Shown here piece by piece: positions 38,945 through 47,985 of a stretch of 64,000 nucleotides of DNA. Source of the stretch: an uncultured Bacteroidales bacterium (GTDB lineage Bacteria > Bacteroidota > Bacteroidia > Bacteroidales > UBA932); assembly GCA_905233655.1 (NCBI GenBank), contig CAJOCS010000004.1, positions 13,544 to 77,543 on the forward strand. Direction: 5' to 3'. Numbering within the stretch: the stretch's first letter is position 1; every line of letters starts with the position of its first letter. The position numbers and the translations under genes were made by a program. The notes beneath the pieces are model-generated. The model worked only from the letters and a program-made list of their open reading frames with translations. It was not told the DNA's origin and searched no databases.

Positions 38945-40324
38945 ATGACTTTTGCAATGATTGTGGAACTGCTTATCGTGCTCGCAGCCCTGTATGTGGG
39001 TTCACGATACGGTTCACTTGCGCTCGGCGCCATCTCCGGCATCGGCCTTGCCATTCTCGTTTTCGGCTTTGGCCTCAAGCCGGGAACGCCTCCCACCGAC
39101 GTCATCTATATCATCATAGCAGCGGTGACCTGCGCCGGAACCCTGCAGGCTTCCGGAGGCATGGACTGGATGATTCAGATTGCCGAGAAACTGCTGCGGA
39201 AGCATCCGGAGCACATCACCTTCCTTGGCCCTCTCGTGACCTTCTTCCTCACCGTGCTGGTGGGAACCGGACATGTCGTTTACACCATCATGCCCATTAT
39301 CTGCGACATCGCCCTTAAGAAGAACATCCGCCCTGAAAGGCCCTGCGGCGTGGCTTCCATCGCGTCCCAGGTGGGTATTACCTGCTCGCCCATCGCGGCC
39401 GCGGTAGTGGCTTTCGTTACCATTTCCAACGCAAACGGCTACATGGTGTCCATTCCGCAGGTGCTCATGGTGAGCATTCCTTCATGCGTTATCGGCCTTA
39501 TGTGCGCCGCGCTGGCTTCCTACAAGAGGGGTAAGGACCTGGATGACGATCCCGAATTCCAGGCCCGCAAAGCCGACCCGGAGATCTACAAATACATGTA
39601 TGTGAACAAGACCACCACGCTCGACAAGGAAATCACCAGGGAAGCCCGTCTCTCAGTATTCGTTTTCCTGGGTGCGCTGCTCGTGATAGTGGCATTCGCG
39701 TTCTGTCAGATGATTCATGTGGGCAGCGGGGAAACGCTTGCCCAGGCAAGCAATCTGCCGAAGATGAATATCAGTATCCAGATAATAATGCTTGTGGCGG
39801 CGGCGCTGAACATCATGTTGTGCAAGGTAGACCTTAAAAACTGCGTCTCCGGTTCGGTCTGGAAGTCCGGTATGGTTGCCGTGATAGCCATCTACGGTAT
39901 TGCCTGGCTTGCCGATACCTACTTCGGCAACTATCTGGAGCAGATGAAAGCCATGCTCACCGACCTGGTGACGAACTATCCCTGGAGCATCGCCCTTGTG
40001 TTTTTCATGGTGTCCGTGCTGATTAATTCCCAGGGAGCTGTGGTTGTCGCCATGCTGCCTCTGGCCTATGAGCTGGGTATAGCCGGTCCTGTACTTCTTG
40101 GAGTGCTTCCCAGCGTTTACGGCTACTTCTTCATCCCGAATTATCCTTCAGACATAGCCACGGTGAACTTCGACCGTAGCGGAACCACGGTAATCGGCAA
40201 ATATTTGCTGAACCACAGTTTCATGATGCCGGGCTTGATAAGCGTTTCGGTCTCCACCATAGTCGCTTACCTTATTACTAACGTACTGTTCCCTGGATAT
40301 TTCGCCAGCTTTATTGTGCAGTAA
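38945..40324 (+). CDS. Anaerobic C4-dicarboxylate transporter (DcuA/DcuB family)
   Basis: GTGHVVY, IRPERP, ASQVGIT.SP, RGKDLDDDPEFQ, FDRSGTT.IGKY..NHSF. Confidence 0.93.
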   Translation: MTFAMIVELLIVLAALYVGSRYGSLALGAISGIGLAILVFGFGLKPGTPPTDVIYIIIAAVTCAGTLQASGGMDWMIQIAEKLLRKHPEHITFLGPLVTFFLTVLVGTGHVVYTIMPIICDIALKKNIRPERPCGVASIASQVGITCSPIAAAVVAFVTISNANGYMVSIPQVLMVSIPSCVIGLMCAALASYKRGKDLDDDPEFQARKADPEIYKYMYVNKTTTLDKEITREARLSVFVFLGALLVIVAFAFCQMIHVGSGETLAQASNLPKMNISIQIIMLVAAALNIMLCKVDLKNCVSGSVWKSGMVAVIAIYGIAWLADTYFGNYLEQMKAMLTDLVTNYPWSIALVFFMVSVLINSQGAVVVAMLPLAYELGIAGPVLLGVLPSVYGYFFIPNYPSDIATVNFDRSGTTVIGKYLLNHSFMMPGLISVSVSTIVAYLITNVLFPGYFASFIVQ

Positions 40325-40955
40325 AGCCGATGCTGTCGAAAAAGCGTGCGTACTGCATGCTGTGCAGATCGGTTGCAATGAGATCGTAGAGACCGTGCTG
40401 AAGCAGGACTTCGGCGCGGTCGCTTACTGAAGGTCCGTACAGGCCTTCAAGGGAGCCGGCGTTGCGCTGGAAGAGCGCACCGGCTTCTTTCAGGCGGAGA
40501 TAGTCGCCCGGTTTGAGATAGAGATAGCGTTCGGGGTGGGCAAGGACCGGCTGGTAACCCATGTCCAGAAGACGACGGATTTCGTCTTCTGGAACAATGT
40601 CGCCAATCTTGCTGCCGTCGCTTATCGGAAGCTCCACAAGGATATGGTTTCCCTCCCAGGGGAGAAGCCAGCCCTTTTCAAGGACCTCCGGCCAGGTTTG
40701 CGGGATGAGCCTGTATTCCATCGAGGGGACAAGCTCGAGGGGAATGCCCTGCCGCTTCAGTTCTTCCCGGAGCGAATCACAGGCCCTTTTCACAACGTCC
40801 GGGGTGTTCGGATAGAGATGAGTCCTGTGGGAAGTACAGACGGCGCGCCCGTAGCCCCAGGAAACCTGCTTTGCCGCAAGCTCCACGGAGTCTTCCATAC
40901 ACCAGGCTCCGTCGTCTATTCCGGGAAGTATGTGACAGTGGCAGTCGGTTTTCAT
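40311..40955 (-). CDS. PHP-family protein-tyrosine phosphatase (CpsB/CapC/YwqE-like)
   Basis: DCHCHILPGIDDGA, TSH, LAHPERY, ATDLH. Confidence 0.88.
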   Translation of the reverse strand: MKTDCHCHILPGIDDGAWCMEDSVELAAKQVSWGYGRAVCTSHRTHLYPNTPDVVKRACDSLREELKRQGIPLELVPSMEYRLIPQTWPEVLEKGWLLPWEGNHILVELPISDGSKIGDIVPEDEIRRLLDMGYQPVLAHPERYLYLKPGDYLRLKEAGALFQRNAGSLEGLYGPSVSDRAEVLLQHGLYDLIATDLHSMQYARFFDSIGFTAQ

Positions 40956-41350
40956 TTTTCAAGCAATTCTGCTTCAATCAATGGAAGAAGCTCTTCGTCG
41001 GCAGGGAGCCAATCCACGTCGTGAAGCTGTTCACGGGAGAGCCAGCGGGAAGCTTCATGCTCCATAAGGTGGAGGGCTTCCTTTTCAAGCGTGCACATGT
41101 AGCAGCGCATACTAAGGTGAAACTCCGGGTAGTCCCACTCCACGGTATGAAGCAGTTTGCCGATGCCGACGGAAGCATCCAGCTCCTCGCGGATTTCGCG
41201 TGCGAGGGCGGCTTCCGGGGCTTCGCCGGCTTCGACCTTGCCGCCCGGGAATTCCCAGCTGTCCTTCCACGGCCCGTAACCCCGCTGTGTGGCAAGGATG
41301 CGGTCTCCGTCGCGGATAATGGCGGCAACTACTTCAACACGCTTCAGCAT
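40952..41350 (-). CDS. mutT: NUDIX hydrolase, MutT-like
   Basis: WEFPGGKVEAGE...AALAREIREEL Nudix box; WLPAD. Confidence 0.85.
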   Translation of the reverse strand: MLKRVEVVAAIIRDGDRILATQRGYGPWKDSWEFPGGKVEAGEAPEAALAREIREELDASVGIGKLLHTVEWDYPEFHLSMRCYMCTLEKEALHLMEHEASRWLSREQLHDVDWLPADEELLPLIEAELLEK

Positions 41351-41356
41351 AACGGT

Positions 41357-42283
41357 CTACTTGTAAATGTCGTCGGTAGAAATATCGCCCCAGCTGGGGA
41401 GGGACGGGTCGTACACAGTGGCGTCGATGGTGCGGTTCCGCCCAAGCATTACATCCTGTTCGAGGAAATCCTTCTCAAGGTCCCAGAGGACTTTAACATA
41501 GGCGGCCACATCGTGGGTGCGGTTGAGGTAGCGGTAAATGCTGTAGAAGAAGCCTTTTTTCGCGAATCGTTTTGCGATATAATCGCTGCCCCATATTCCA
41601 CGGCCGAAGGCGCCGTAATGCTTGTAGGCAACGGCTCTGTCGGCCGTTCCGTGAAGCAGCAGGATGGGGCAGGGCTGCGAGGGGAAATCCGGAGCGCCAC
41701 TGGTGCTGATGATGCCGCCGGCAAATGACATAACTCCCTTGAAATTGAATCCTTCCGGAAGAGAAGCGCGACGTCCGTGCAGGATGTCGTACTCGGTGGC
41801 AAGCGAAATGATTGCGCCGGCCGAATTCCCGGCGAGCACCATGTTGTCCACGTCTATCCCAAGCTCTTCGTTCGTCGCCAGATACTCTACGGCGGCGAAT
41901 ACGTCCTCAACACCCATCTGCTGCGACAGGTAGAACTGGTCGGAGGCCCTTACGGCACCCCTGAGACCCTTTCCCATCTTGTATCCCTTCATTCCCAGCC
42001 GGTAGTCTATGGCAACCACATTGTAGCCGTTCCCGTTCATGGTATGGAACCAGGGGAAATACCATTCGTCATTTCTGCTTCCGGCCACGAATCCGCCCCC
42101 GAACACGAACAGAATCGTGGGTTTGGCAATGCCCTGGAAACTGGTTTCGGAACCTTCTTCGGCATAATGGATATCGAGCCGCAGCTCGAGAGTATCCCTG
42201 ACGGCATATACCCTGGTCGTCTGCGCCATGGCTGCCGCGCCCGCAAGGGCAAGTATAAAAAATGATATCAGTATTCTTTTCAT
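41357..42283 (-). CDS. Exported alpha/beta hydrolase (carboxylesterase-like)
   Basis: Signal peptide MKRILISFF..AMA; FGGGF oxyanion hole, GNSAG nucleophile, HGTAD; ATG overlaps upstream stop. Confidence 0.85.
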   Translation of the reverse strand: MKRILISFFILALAGAAAMAQTTRVYAVRDTLELRLDIHYAEEGSETSFQGIAKPTILFVFGGGFVAGSRNDEWYFPWFHTMNGNGYNVVAIDYRLGMKGYKMGKGLRGAVRASDQFYLSQQMGVEDVFAAVEYLATNEELGIDVDNMVLAGNSAGAIISLATEYDILHGRRASLPEGFNFKGVMSFAGGIISTSGAPDFPSQPCPILLLHGTADRAVAYKHYGAFGRGIWGSDYIAKRFAKKGFFYSIYRYLNRTHDVAAYVKVLWDLEKDFLEQDVMLGRNRTIDATVYDPSLPSWGDISTDDIYK

Positions 42284-45207
42284 TCTGCATCGGGTTTTGG
42301 CAGGGCGATGAAAGCGCGGGCGGAGCGCCCGTCTACGCAGATGCGGAGAGGGGCCTGCGTGCGCACGTGGCGCAGCCATCCGCTCTCGAAAACGGCGGGC
42401 ATGGCGTCGAGCTCTGCCTGGTCGAGGCTGTCTTCGCTGCGTAGATATGGATCCACGTTTACGTATCCTGCGTTGAAGGAAGTCAGATTCTGGAAGAAAT
42501 GCGTGCCCTGGCTGGGGTCTACCCGGAAGTCGGGCAGGGAGCATTCCACCAGGACCTTGGTTTCGGAAATGTCGCTCCAGCTTACCGGAACGCCAAGTGT
42601 GGGGATGCTGGAGCCCCAGCGGCCGAAACCTATTAGAACGTACTGACGGCCCTCTTCCCGCATGCGGGCATTAAGCTCGCGTAGCTCCGCGGCCATTTCC
42701 ACGGTCTTCATCTTGTCGAAGGACTCCGCTTTCAGGTACACAATGTCGCAGATATCCGGAACCCATCCGGTCCCGAGGGCACTGTAAGATTCAACGACGG
42801 CGCCGGAAGTGTCCACTTTGTCCCAGTCGACATCGGCATATAGACTGTCGGACGATATGGGGCGTATCTGAAGGGGAGAGAAGGTGCCGGTGGACAGTTC
42901 GGCGGCGAATTCGATTTCAATGCCGCAGTTCATCTCGGCCGAACATATATCCAGAAGCTCCTTCACTATGGAAGCGAGGGGGAAAGTGCCGTAACGAAGG
43001 ATGTGGGCGAAGGTTACAGCCTTGGGGCCTTCGGCCATGGGAGAGTCCACCATGCGCTGATTGTTGAGGTCGTAGGTGGAGACAACGTGGCGAAGGCCTT
43101 TGAACCGGTCGCACTGGTGGATGGGAATGCGCCGGAGGTTCACGGCGTCGTCGACCGAGGTCTTGAACTGTTCCGGCTGAAGGTCAAGGGCATACATCAC
43201 CTGCTGTGTGTCGCGCATGGCGAGCTCCGGAGTGGAGGTTTGCAGGATGTGCTGGGGATGGGCGGGGGAGAAGCGGAGCACCTTTTCGCCGTCGACCACT
43301 GCCTTTCCAAGGCCGAAAGCGACTTTCGCCACACCTTCATCGGCCTTTTCGTGGCCGATGGGATAGAAATTGACGCTCCTTGCCACACCGGAGAGGGTGG
43401 GGAAGAAGCAGCCGTCGTCTTCGGCCCCGCAGATTTCCTGGAGGACGATGGCCATCTTCTCTTCCGAGATGACGTTTGCCGTTGCCGTGATGTATCCGCG
43501 GGAAGAGGCGAAATAGACCGATGCATATACGCTCTTGATGGCTTTTGAAAGCAGGCGGAGCTGCTGGTCTTCATTCTCGACAAGGGGTATCATATAGGTG
43601 GAATATACCCCTGCGAACGGCTGATAATATGAATCTTCCAGTTTGGAGGACGACCTCACGGCGATGGGCGCCTTCACAACCCTGATGAAGCTTCTGAGGG
43701 CGTCGACCAACTCCTGCGGCAGGTTGGACGAAACGAATTCCGAGAGAATCTCAGCGTCGGAAATATCTGAATTGATTACATAGTGAAGGCCGTTTTCGAG
43801 CAGGAAACGGTCGAAGAATTCGGTTGCAACGACCAGCGTGCGCGGAACAATCACATGCACCCCTTCCCATTTGTCGTACAGCCTGTTCTTGTACAGGATA
43901 TGGTTCAGGAAGGCCAGGCCGCGAGCTTTTCCTCCAATTGAACCGTCTCCCACACGGGCGAACTGAATGGTGTCGTTGTAACTCTCCGGATCGAAGCGTG
44001 CCACCACCCCAAGGCTCTGGGAAACACGGTAGGAGTGAATCCCGGCCACGGCAGCGGTACGGAAGGCCTCGGTGCTTTCGAAAGTGACATTCTTGATGGA
44101 ATAGCCCTCCTTGAAGATACCTCTTGCAAGCAGCCAGCGGGACACATAGTTCTTGCTCCGGAGTTTTTCGAGGTAGGCTTCCGGAAGCGTCGCGATGATT
44201 TCCTCCGCGCCCTGAAGGTTTTTGGCGCGGGCTATCTCCTTCCCACGGTTGTTGGTAACCACGAAATCGCCGAAACCGAACTCCCGGCCGATGTATTCAG
44301 ACAGTTCGTGGGTTAGAGTCTTGGACCGTTTCATCAGGAAGCCGGCCCGGAGGCTTTCGGCCACGCTGCGCATGCTCTCCTGTGAACTCTGCATAAGGAT
44401 AGGCATCTTGGGGATTTCCTTCCTTATCAGGCGGCAGAGGTCCACGCCTGCGTCGAGTTTTTCGCTTTCCGGCCTGTCGCCGCGGTGAAGGACGAAGCCG
44501 ATGTCGGAAATGACACCCAGCAGGTTGTCCTTGTAGCGGTCGTAGAGCGAGACGGCGTCGTCGTAATTGGTTGCCATCAGAATCTTCGGCCTGGCCCGCT
44601 TGCGGAAAATCTGCTGCTCTTCGTTGAGGGCGTCCATGATTGCCGCAGCGTTCTGCTGGAGTACCAGCTTGTACAGCAGCGGGAGGTAGGTGGAGTAGTA
44701 TCTCACCGAGTCTTCCACCAGAAGAATAGCCTGAACACCGCCTTCCAGAATGTCGTAGGGGGCGTTCAGGCTGTCTTCCAGCAGCTTGATTATTGCAATG
44801 ATAAGGTCTGTGCTACCGCTCCAGTTGAAAATGTGGTCTATGCAGGAAAGGTCGTGGTCCTGCAGCTGCCGGCGGACCTGTTTGGAAAAGGACGTGAGAA
44901 GCACCACTGGGGTCTCCGCCGAGTATGACTTGATTCTGTTGGCGAAGTCGAAAACATCCACTTCACCCACATTGTACATGGTGATGACAAGGTCCCACCT
45001 TTCTCCGGCCATGGCCTTTGCAAGGGCTTCCGTGGTAGAATGCACCCGCTCGAATTCGGGCGGTCCGCTCAGGTTCAGCTCCGAATATTCGCGGGAGATG
45101 CGCATGTCGAGCCGGCCGTCTTCTTCCAGCGAAAAACTGTCGTAATTGTTGCAGACCAGCAGAATCCGGCGGATTCTTCGTGCCATTAGTGTGGGATTGT
45201 CTGTCAT
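42280..45207 (-). CDS. Receiver-like domains fused to PEP synthase/PPDK N-terminal nucleotide-binding domain
   Basis: ILLVCNNYD and ILLVEDS receiver-like starts; IGGKARGL, AVRSSSKLEDS..QPFAG, AFGLGK, PSQGTHFFQN. Confidence 0.85.
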   Translation of the reverse strand: MTDNPTLMARRIRRILLVCNNYDSFSLEEDGRLDMRISREYSELNLSGPPEFERVHSTTEALAKAMAGERWDLVITMYNVGEVDVFDFANRIKSYSAETPVVLLTSFSKQVRRQLQDHDLSCIDHIFNWSGSTDLIIAIIKLLEDSLNAPYDILEGGVQAILLVEDSVRYYSTYLPLLYKLVLQQNAAAIMDALNEEQQIFRKRARPKILMATNYDDAVSLYDRYKDNLLGVISDIGFVLHRGDRPESEKLDAGVDLCRLIRKEIPKMPILMQSSQESMRSVAESLRAGFLMKRSKTLTHELSEYIGREFGFGDFVVTNNRGKEIARAKNLQGAEEIIATLPEAYLEKLRSKNYVSRWLLARGIFKEGYSIKNVTFESTEAFRTAAVAGIHSYRVSQSLGVVARFDPESYNDTIQFARVGDGSIGGKARGLAFLNHILYKNRLYDKWEGVHVIVPRTLVVATEFFDRFLLENGLHYVINSDISDAEILSEFVSSNLPQELVDALRSFIRVVKAPIAVRSSSKLEDSYYQPFAGVYSTYMIPLVENEDQQLRLLSKAIKSVYASVYFASSRGYITATANVISEEKMAIVLQEICGAEDDGCFFPTLSGVARSVNFYPIGHEKADEGVAKVAFGLGKAVVDGEKVLRFSPAHPQHILQTSTPELAMRDTQQVMYALDLQPEQFKTSVDDAVNLRRIPIHQCDRFKGLRHVVSTYDLNNQRMVDSPMAEGPKAVTFAHILRYGTFPLASIVKELLDICSAEMNCGIEIEFAAELSTGTFSPLQIRPISSDSLYADVDWDKVDTSGAVVESYSALGTGWVPDICDIVYLKAESFDKMKTVEMAAELRELNARMREEGRQYVLIGFGRWGSSIPTLGVPVSWSDISETKVLVECSLPDFRVDPSQGTHFFQNLTSFNAGYVNVDPYLRSEDSLDQAELDAMPAVFESGWLRHVRTQAPLRICVDGRSARAFIALPKPDAE

Positions 45208-45236
45208 ACCCGTTAAAGTCAGTTGAGGATGATTCA

Positions 45237-45274
45237 CAAATATAGCTGTTTTTCTAAATAATTTCTTAAATTTG
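45237..45274. promoter_or_regulatory. Divergent promoter pair (TATATTTG on - at 45237-45244; TAAATTTG on + at 45267-45274)
   Basis: Two back-to-back TAnnTTTG elements. Confidence 0.65.
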
Positions 45275-45279
45275 CGTCC

Positions 45280-46356
45280 ATGTTTTACGGTCTTGCACTC
45301 AGTATCCGCCATCTGTTTTACGATAAGGGTTGGAAAAAGTCTTTCCCCACACCCGTTCCGGGAATCTGCGTGGGCAACGTCAGCGTAGGCGGAACCGGCA
45401 AGACACCCTTCACCGAACTCATCCTCAGGGAACTGCTCAAAAGCGACGACTGGGCTTATTCCAACATCGCCGTCCTCTCCCGTGGATACAAGCGCTCGTC
45501 CAAAGGATTCCAGAAAGTTACACGCGACGGCACGGCCGCATTCTTTGGCGACGAGCCCCTGCAGATAGCCAAGAAGTTCCCTTCCGTCACAGTAGCCGTA
45601 GACAAGGACAGGATCGAGGGTTGCCGTTTCCTTACCGAGCCGGAGCTCCTCCAGACAGACAAGAAGGCCCGCCGCTGCCTGGACAAGGATGTCCCGAAGA
45701 CCGACATAGTCGTGCTTGACGACGCCTTCCAGTACCGCAGGCTCAGGGCGAATCTGAATATCGTCCTTATAGATTACAACCGACCTGTACACAAGGACCG
45801 CCTTCTTCCCTGGGGCCGCCTCCGCGACCTTCCTTCCCGTATGAAAAAGGCCGATGTGATTGTTGTCACGAAGTGTCCCGCATACATGGACGACTGGGAG
45901 CGGGAGAACTGGAAGCAGTATGTGAATCTGCGTCCGGAGCAGACGCTGCTATTCTCCACAATAAAATATGGAGAGATGAAGCCCCTCTTCCCCGAGGCCG
46001 ACAGCCGCTACACCTATTCCAGCCGTCTGGTTCTTTTCGACGGAATTGCCAATGACGCCCCCCTGAGGAGTTTCCTTTCGGACAAATACAAGATAGTCAA
46101 GAAACTCCAGTTCCCGGACCACCACAAGTATTCGAATGCCGACGTGCGCGCAATTGCATCGGCCTCGGAGCATTTCCCGACGGCTTGTGTGGTGACCACG
46201 GAAAAGGATGCCCAGAGGGTACTTGACGTAAAAAAAATCCCCGCCCGTCTGAAGGAGAGGATGTTCTATATTCCTGTGGAGACCATGTTCCTTACCCCTG
46301 AGGAAGAGGCTGAATTCACTTCTGTGCTTTCACGGATTCGTCGTGAACAGTATTGA
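45280..46356 (+). CDS. lpxK: Tetraacyldisaccharide 4'-kinase
   Basis: VGNVSVGGTGKTP, LSRGY, GDEP, LDDAFQ, LP.GRLR, FPDHH, TTEKD. Confidence 0.95.
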   Translation: MFYGLALSIRHLFYDKGWKKSFPTPVPGICVGNVSVGGTGKTPFTELILRELLKSDDWAYSNIAVLSRGYKRSSKGFQKVTRDGTAAFFGDEPLQIAKKFPSVTVAVDKDRIEGCRFLTEPELLQTDKKARRCLDKDVPKTDIVVLDDAFQYRRLRANLNIVLIDYNRPVHKDRLLPWGRLRDLPSRMKKADVIVVTKCPAYMDDWERENWKQYVNLRPEQTLLFSTIKYGEMKPLFPEADSRYTYSSRLVLFDGIANDAPLRSFLSDKYKIVKKLQFPDHHKYSNADVRAIASASEHFPTACVVTTEKDAQRVLDVKKIPARLKERMFYIPVETMFLTPEEEAEFTSVLSRIRREQY

Positions 46357-47347
46357 AGATTCTGTCTACGAAACTCTCTTCCAGGCCGTATTCAGCGGCC
46401 TGTTTGTGTATCCGCTCGAGCACTTTATCCCAGCGTGACGACTGAAGGATGGCCACATTGTGTTCCTTTTTCTGGATGCCTATCCTGCGGCTTGCATCCA
46501 TCCTCTGAGCGAGCAGGGCAAGTATTTTCCCGTCGATGTCGTCAATCTCCGAGCGAAGGGCGTCGATGGCGCTGCGGTAGTCTGAATCGGCGGAATCCTT
46601 ATCCCTTGTCCTGATTCTGCCAAGGAGGGAGAAGAACTCTTCCGGGGAAAGCTGCTGAGATGCATCGGAAAGGGCTGCGGAAGGGTTGCAGTGGCATTCT
46701 ATCATTAGTCCGTCGAGCCCGAGGTCCATGGCTTTTATGGCGAGTTCGGGGACCAGTTCACGCCTTCCTGCCATGTGGGAAGGGTCGGCAAGGAAGGGAA
46801 GAAGGGGGAAGCGGCGGCGCATTTCAATGGCAAGATGCCAGAGCGGAGCGTTCCGGTAAGGCCCTGGGCCTTCGGTGGAGAAACCGCGCAAAACCATTCC
46901 CATTTCCCTGATTCCGCTGCGCTCCAGCCTTTCCAGCGCCCCTGTCCACAGGCCGATGTCGGGATTTACAGGGTTCTTGACCAGGACCGTCGCTTCCGAG
47001 CCCTCGAGGGCCGATGCGATTTCCTGGACCTGGAACGGGTTGGCGCTTGTGCGGGCTCCTATCCAGAGCATGTCTACGCCCGCCCTGAGGCATTCTTCCA
47101 CGTGAGCGGCGCATGCCACTTCGGTGCAGACCGCCATGCCAGTCTCTTCCTTCACGAGTCGCAGCCACTCCAGGGCGGGGGAGCCCATGCCTTCGAAACC
47201 TCCGGGATGGGTCCGGGGTTTCCATATTCCGGCACGAAAAACGCGGACGCCCCCTTCATGGAGCCTCCGCGCAGTATCCAGAACCTGTCCCTGAGACTCT
47301 GCGCTGCAGGGACCGGCTATTATCAACGGCCGTTCTTCCAGGAACAA
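46316..47347 (-). CDS. Bifunctional DAHP synthase (class I-beta) / chorismate mutase
   Basis: IAGPCSAES, WKPRT, WIGART, DPSH; C-terminal AroQ domain LRSEIDDID..LAQRM; TTG start. Confidence 0.9.
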   Translation of the reverse strand: MFLEERPLIIAGPCSAESQGQVLDTARRLHEGGVRVFRAGIWKPRTHPGGFEGMGSPALEWLRLVKEETGMAVCTEVACAAHVEECLRAGVDMLWIGARTSANPFQVQEIASALEGSEATVLVKNPVNPDIGLWTGALERLERSGIREMGMVLRGFSTEGPGPYRNAPLWHLAIEMRRRFPLLPFLADPSHMAGRRELVPELAIKAMDLGLDGLMIECHCNPSAALSDASQQLSPEEFFSLLGRIRTRDKDSADSDYRSAIDALRSEIDDIDGKILALLAQRMDASRRIGIQKKEHNVAILQSSRWDKVLERIHKQAAEYGLEESFVDRIFNTVHDESVKAQK

Positions 47348-47350
47348 GGC

Positions 47351-47917
47351 TTAAACGGTGAGAATATCCTTTTCCTTGGCGGCGATGATGGCGTCAATGG
47401 CCTTGACGTACTTGTCGGTGACTTTCTGGAGCTCTTCCTCGCCTTCCTTCTCGCCGTCTTCGGAGAGGCCTTCGTTCTTCTGGGCCTTTTTGAGAAGGTC
47501 GATGCCGTCGCGGCGTGCATTGCGTACGGTGACCTTGGTGGTCTCGCCCTGAGCCTTTGCCTTCTTTATGAGTTCGCGGCGGCGCTCCTCAGTGAGGGCG
47601 GGCACCACGCAGCGGATGATTTCACCGTTGTTGGATGGAGTGAGACCCACGTTCGCGTCAAGGATGGCTTTCTCGATTTTGCCAATCATATTGCGCTCCC
47701 AAGGCTGGATTGCGATGGTCTTGGCGTCCGGAGTGGTTACCGAAGCCACCTGGTTGAGAGGTGTGGGAGTTCCGTAGTAATCCACTGTTACACCGTTGAA
47801 TATGGCCGGAGATGCCTTTCCGACGCGATAGTTCTTGAGGTCCTCTTCGAGGAAGTCGACTGCCTCCTGCATTTTGAGGTCGGCCGCATCCACGATTTCT
47901 TTCGCTTTAGGTAACAT
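47351..47917 (-). CDS. frr: Ribosome recycling factor
   Basis: RVGKASP, VDYYGTPTPL, P.LTEERRRELIK, RNARR. Confidence 0.96.
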   Translation of the reverse strand: MLPKAKEIVDAADLKMQEAVDFLEEDLKNYRVGKASPAIFNGVTVDYYGTPTPLNQVASVTTPDAKTIAIQPWERNMIGKIEKAILDANVGLTPSNNGEIIRCVVPALTEERRRELIKKAKAQGETTKVTVRNARRDGIDLLKKAQKNEGLSEDGEKEGEEELQKVTDKYVKAIDAIIAAKEKDILTV

Positions 47918-47935
47918 AGTTCTTTCAGATTTTCG

Positions 47936-47964
47936 CAAAGATAAGAAAAAAAGTCTTATTTTTG
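47936..47964. promoter_or_regulatory. Divergent promoter pair (TATCTTTG on - at 47936-47943; TATTTTTG on + at 47957-47964)
   Basis: Two TAnnTTTG elements in the frr/ferredoxin intergenic region. Confidence 0.6.
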
Positions 47965-47985
47965 TGAGTATAGAACAAAAACGAC

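Noticed and set aside
41357-45792. Extended N-termini given by the ORF track for the hydrolase (42544) and receiver-PPDK protein (45792)
   Set aside because: Extensions overlap neighbouring genes and promoters; downstream ATGs at 42283 and 45207 give proper starts.
46316-46356. Convergent 3' overlaps (lpxK/DAHP synthase 41 bp; dcu/phosphatase 14 bp at 40311-40324)
   Set aside because: Short tail-to-tail overlaps are common in compact genomes; no further signal.
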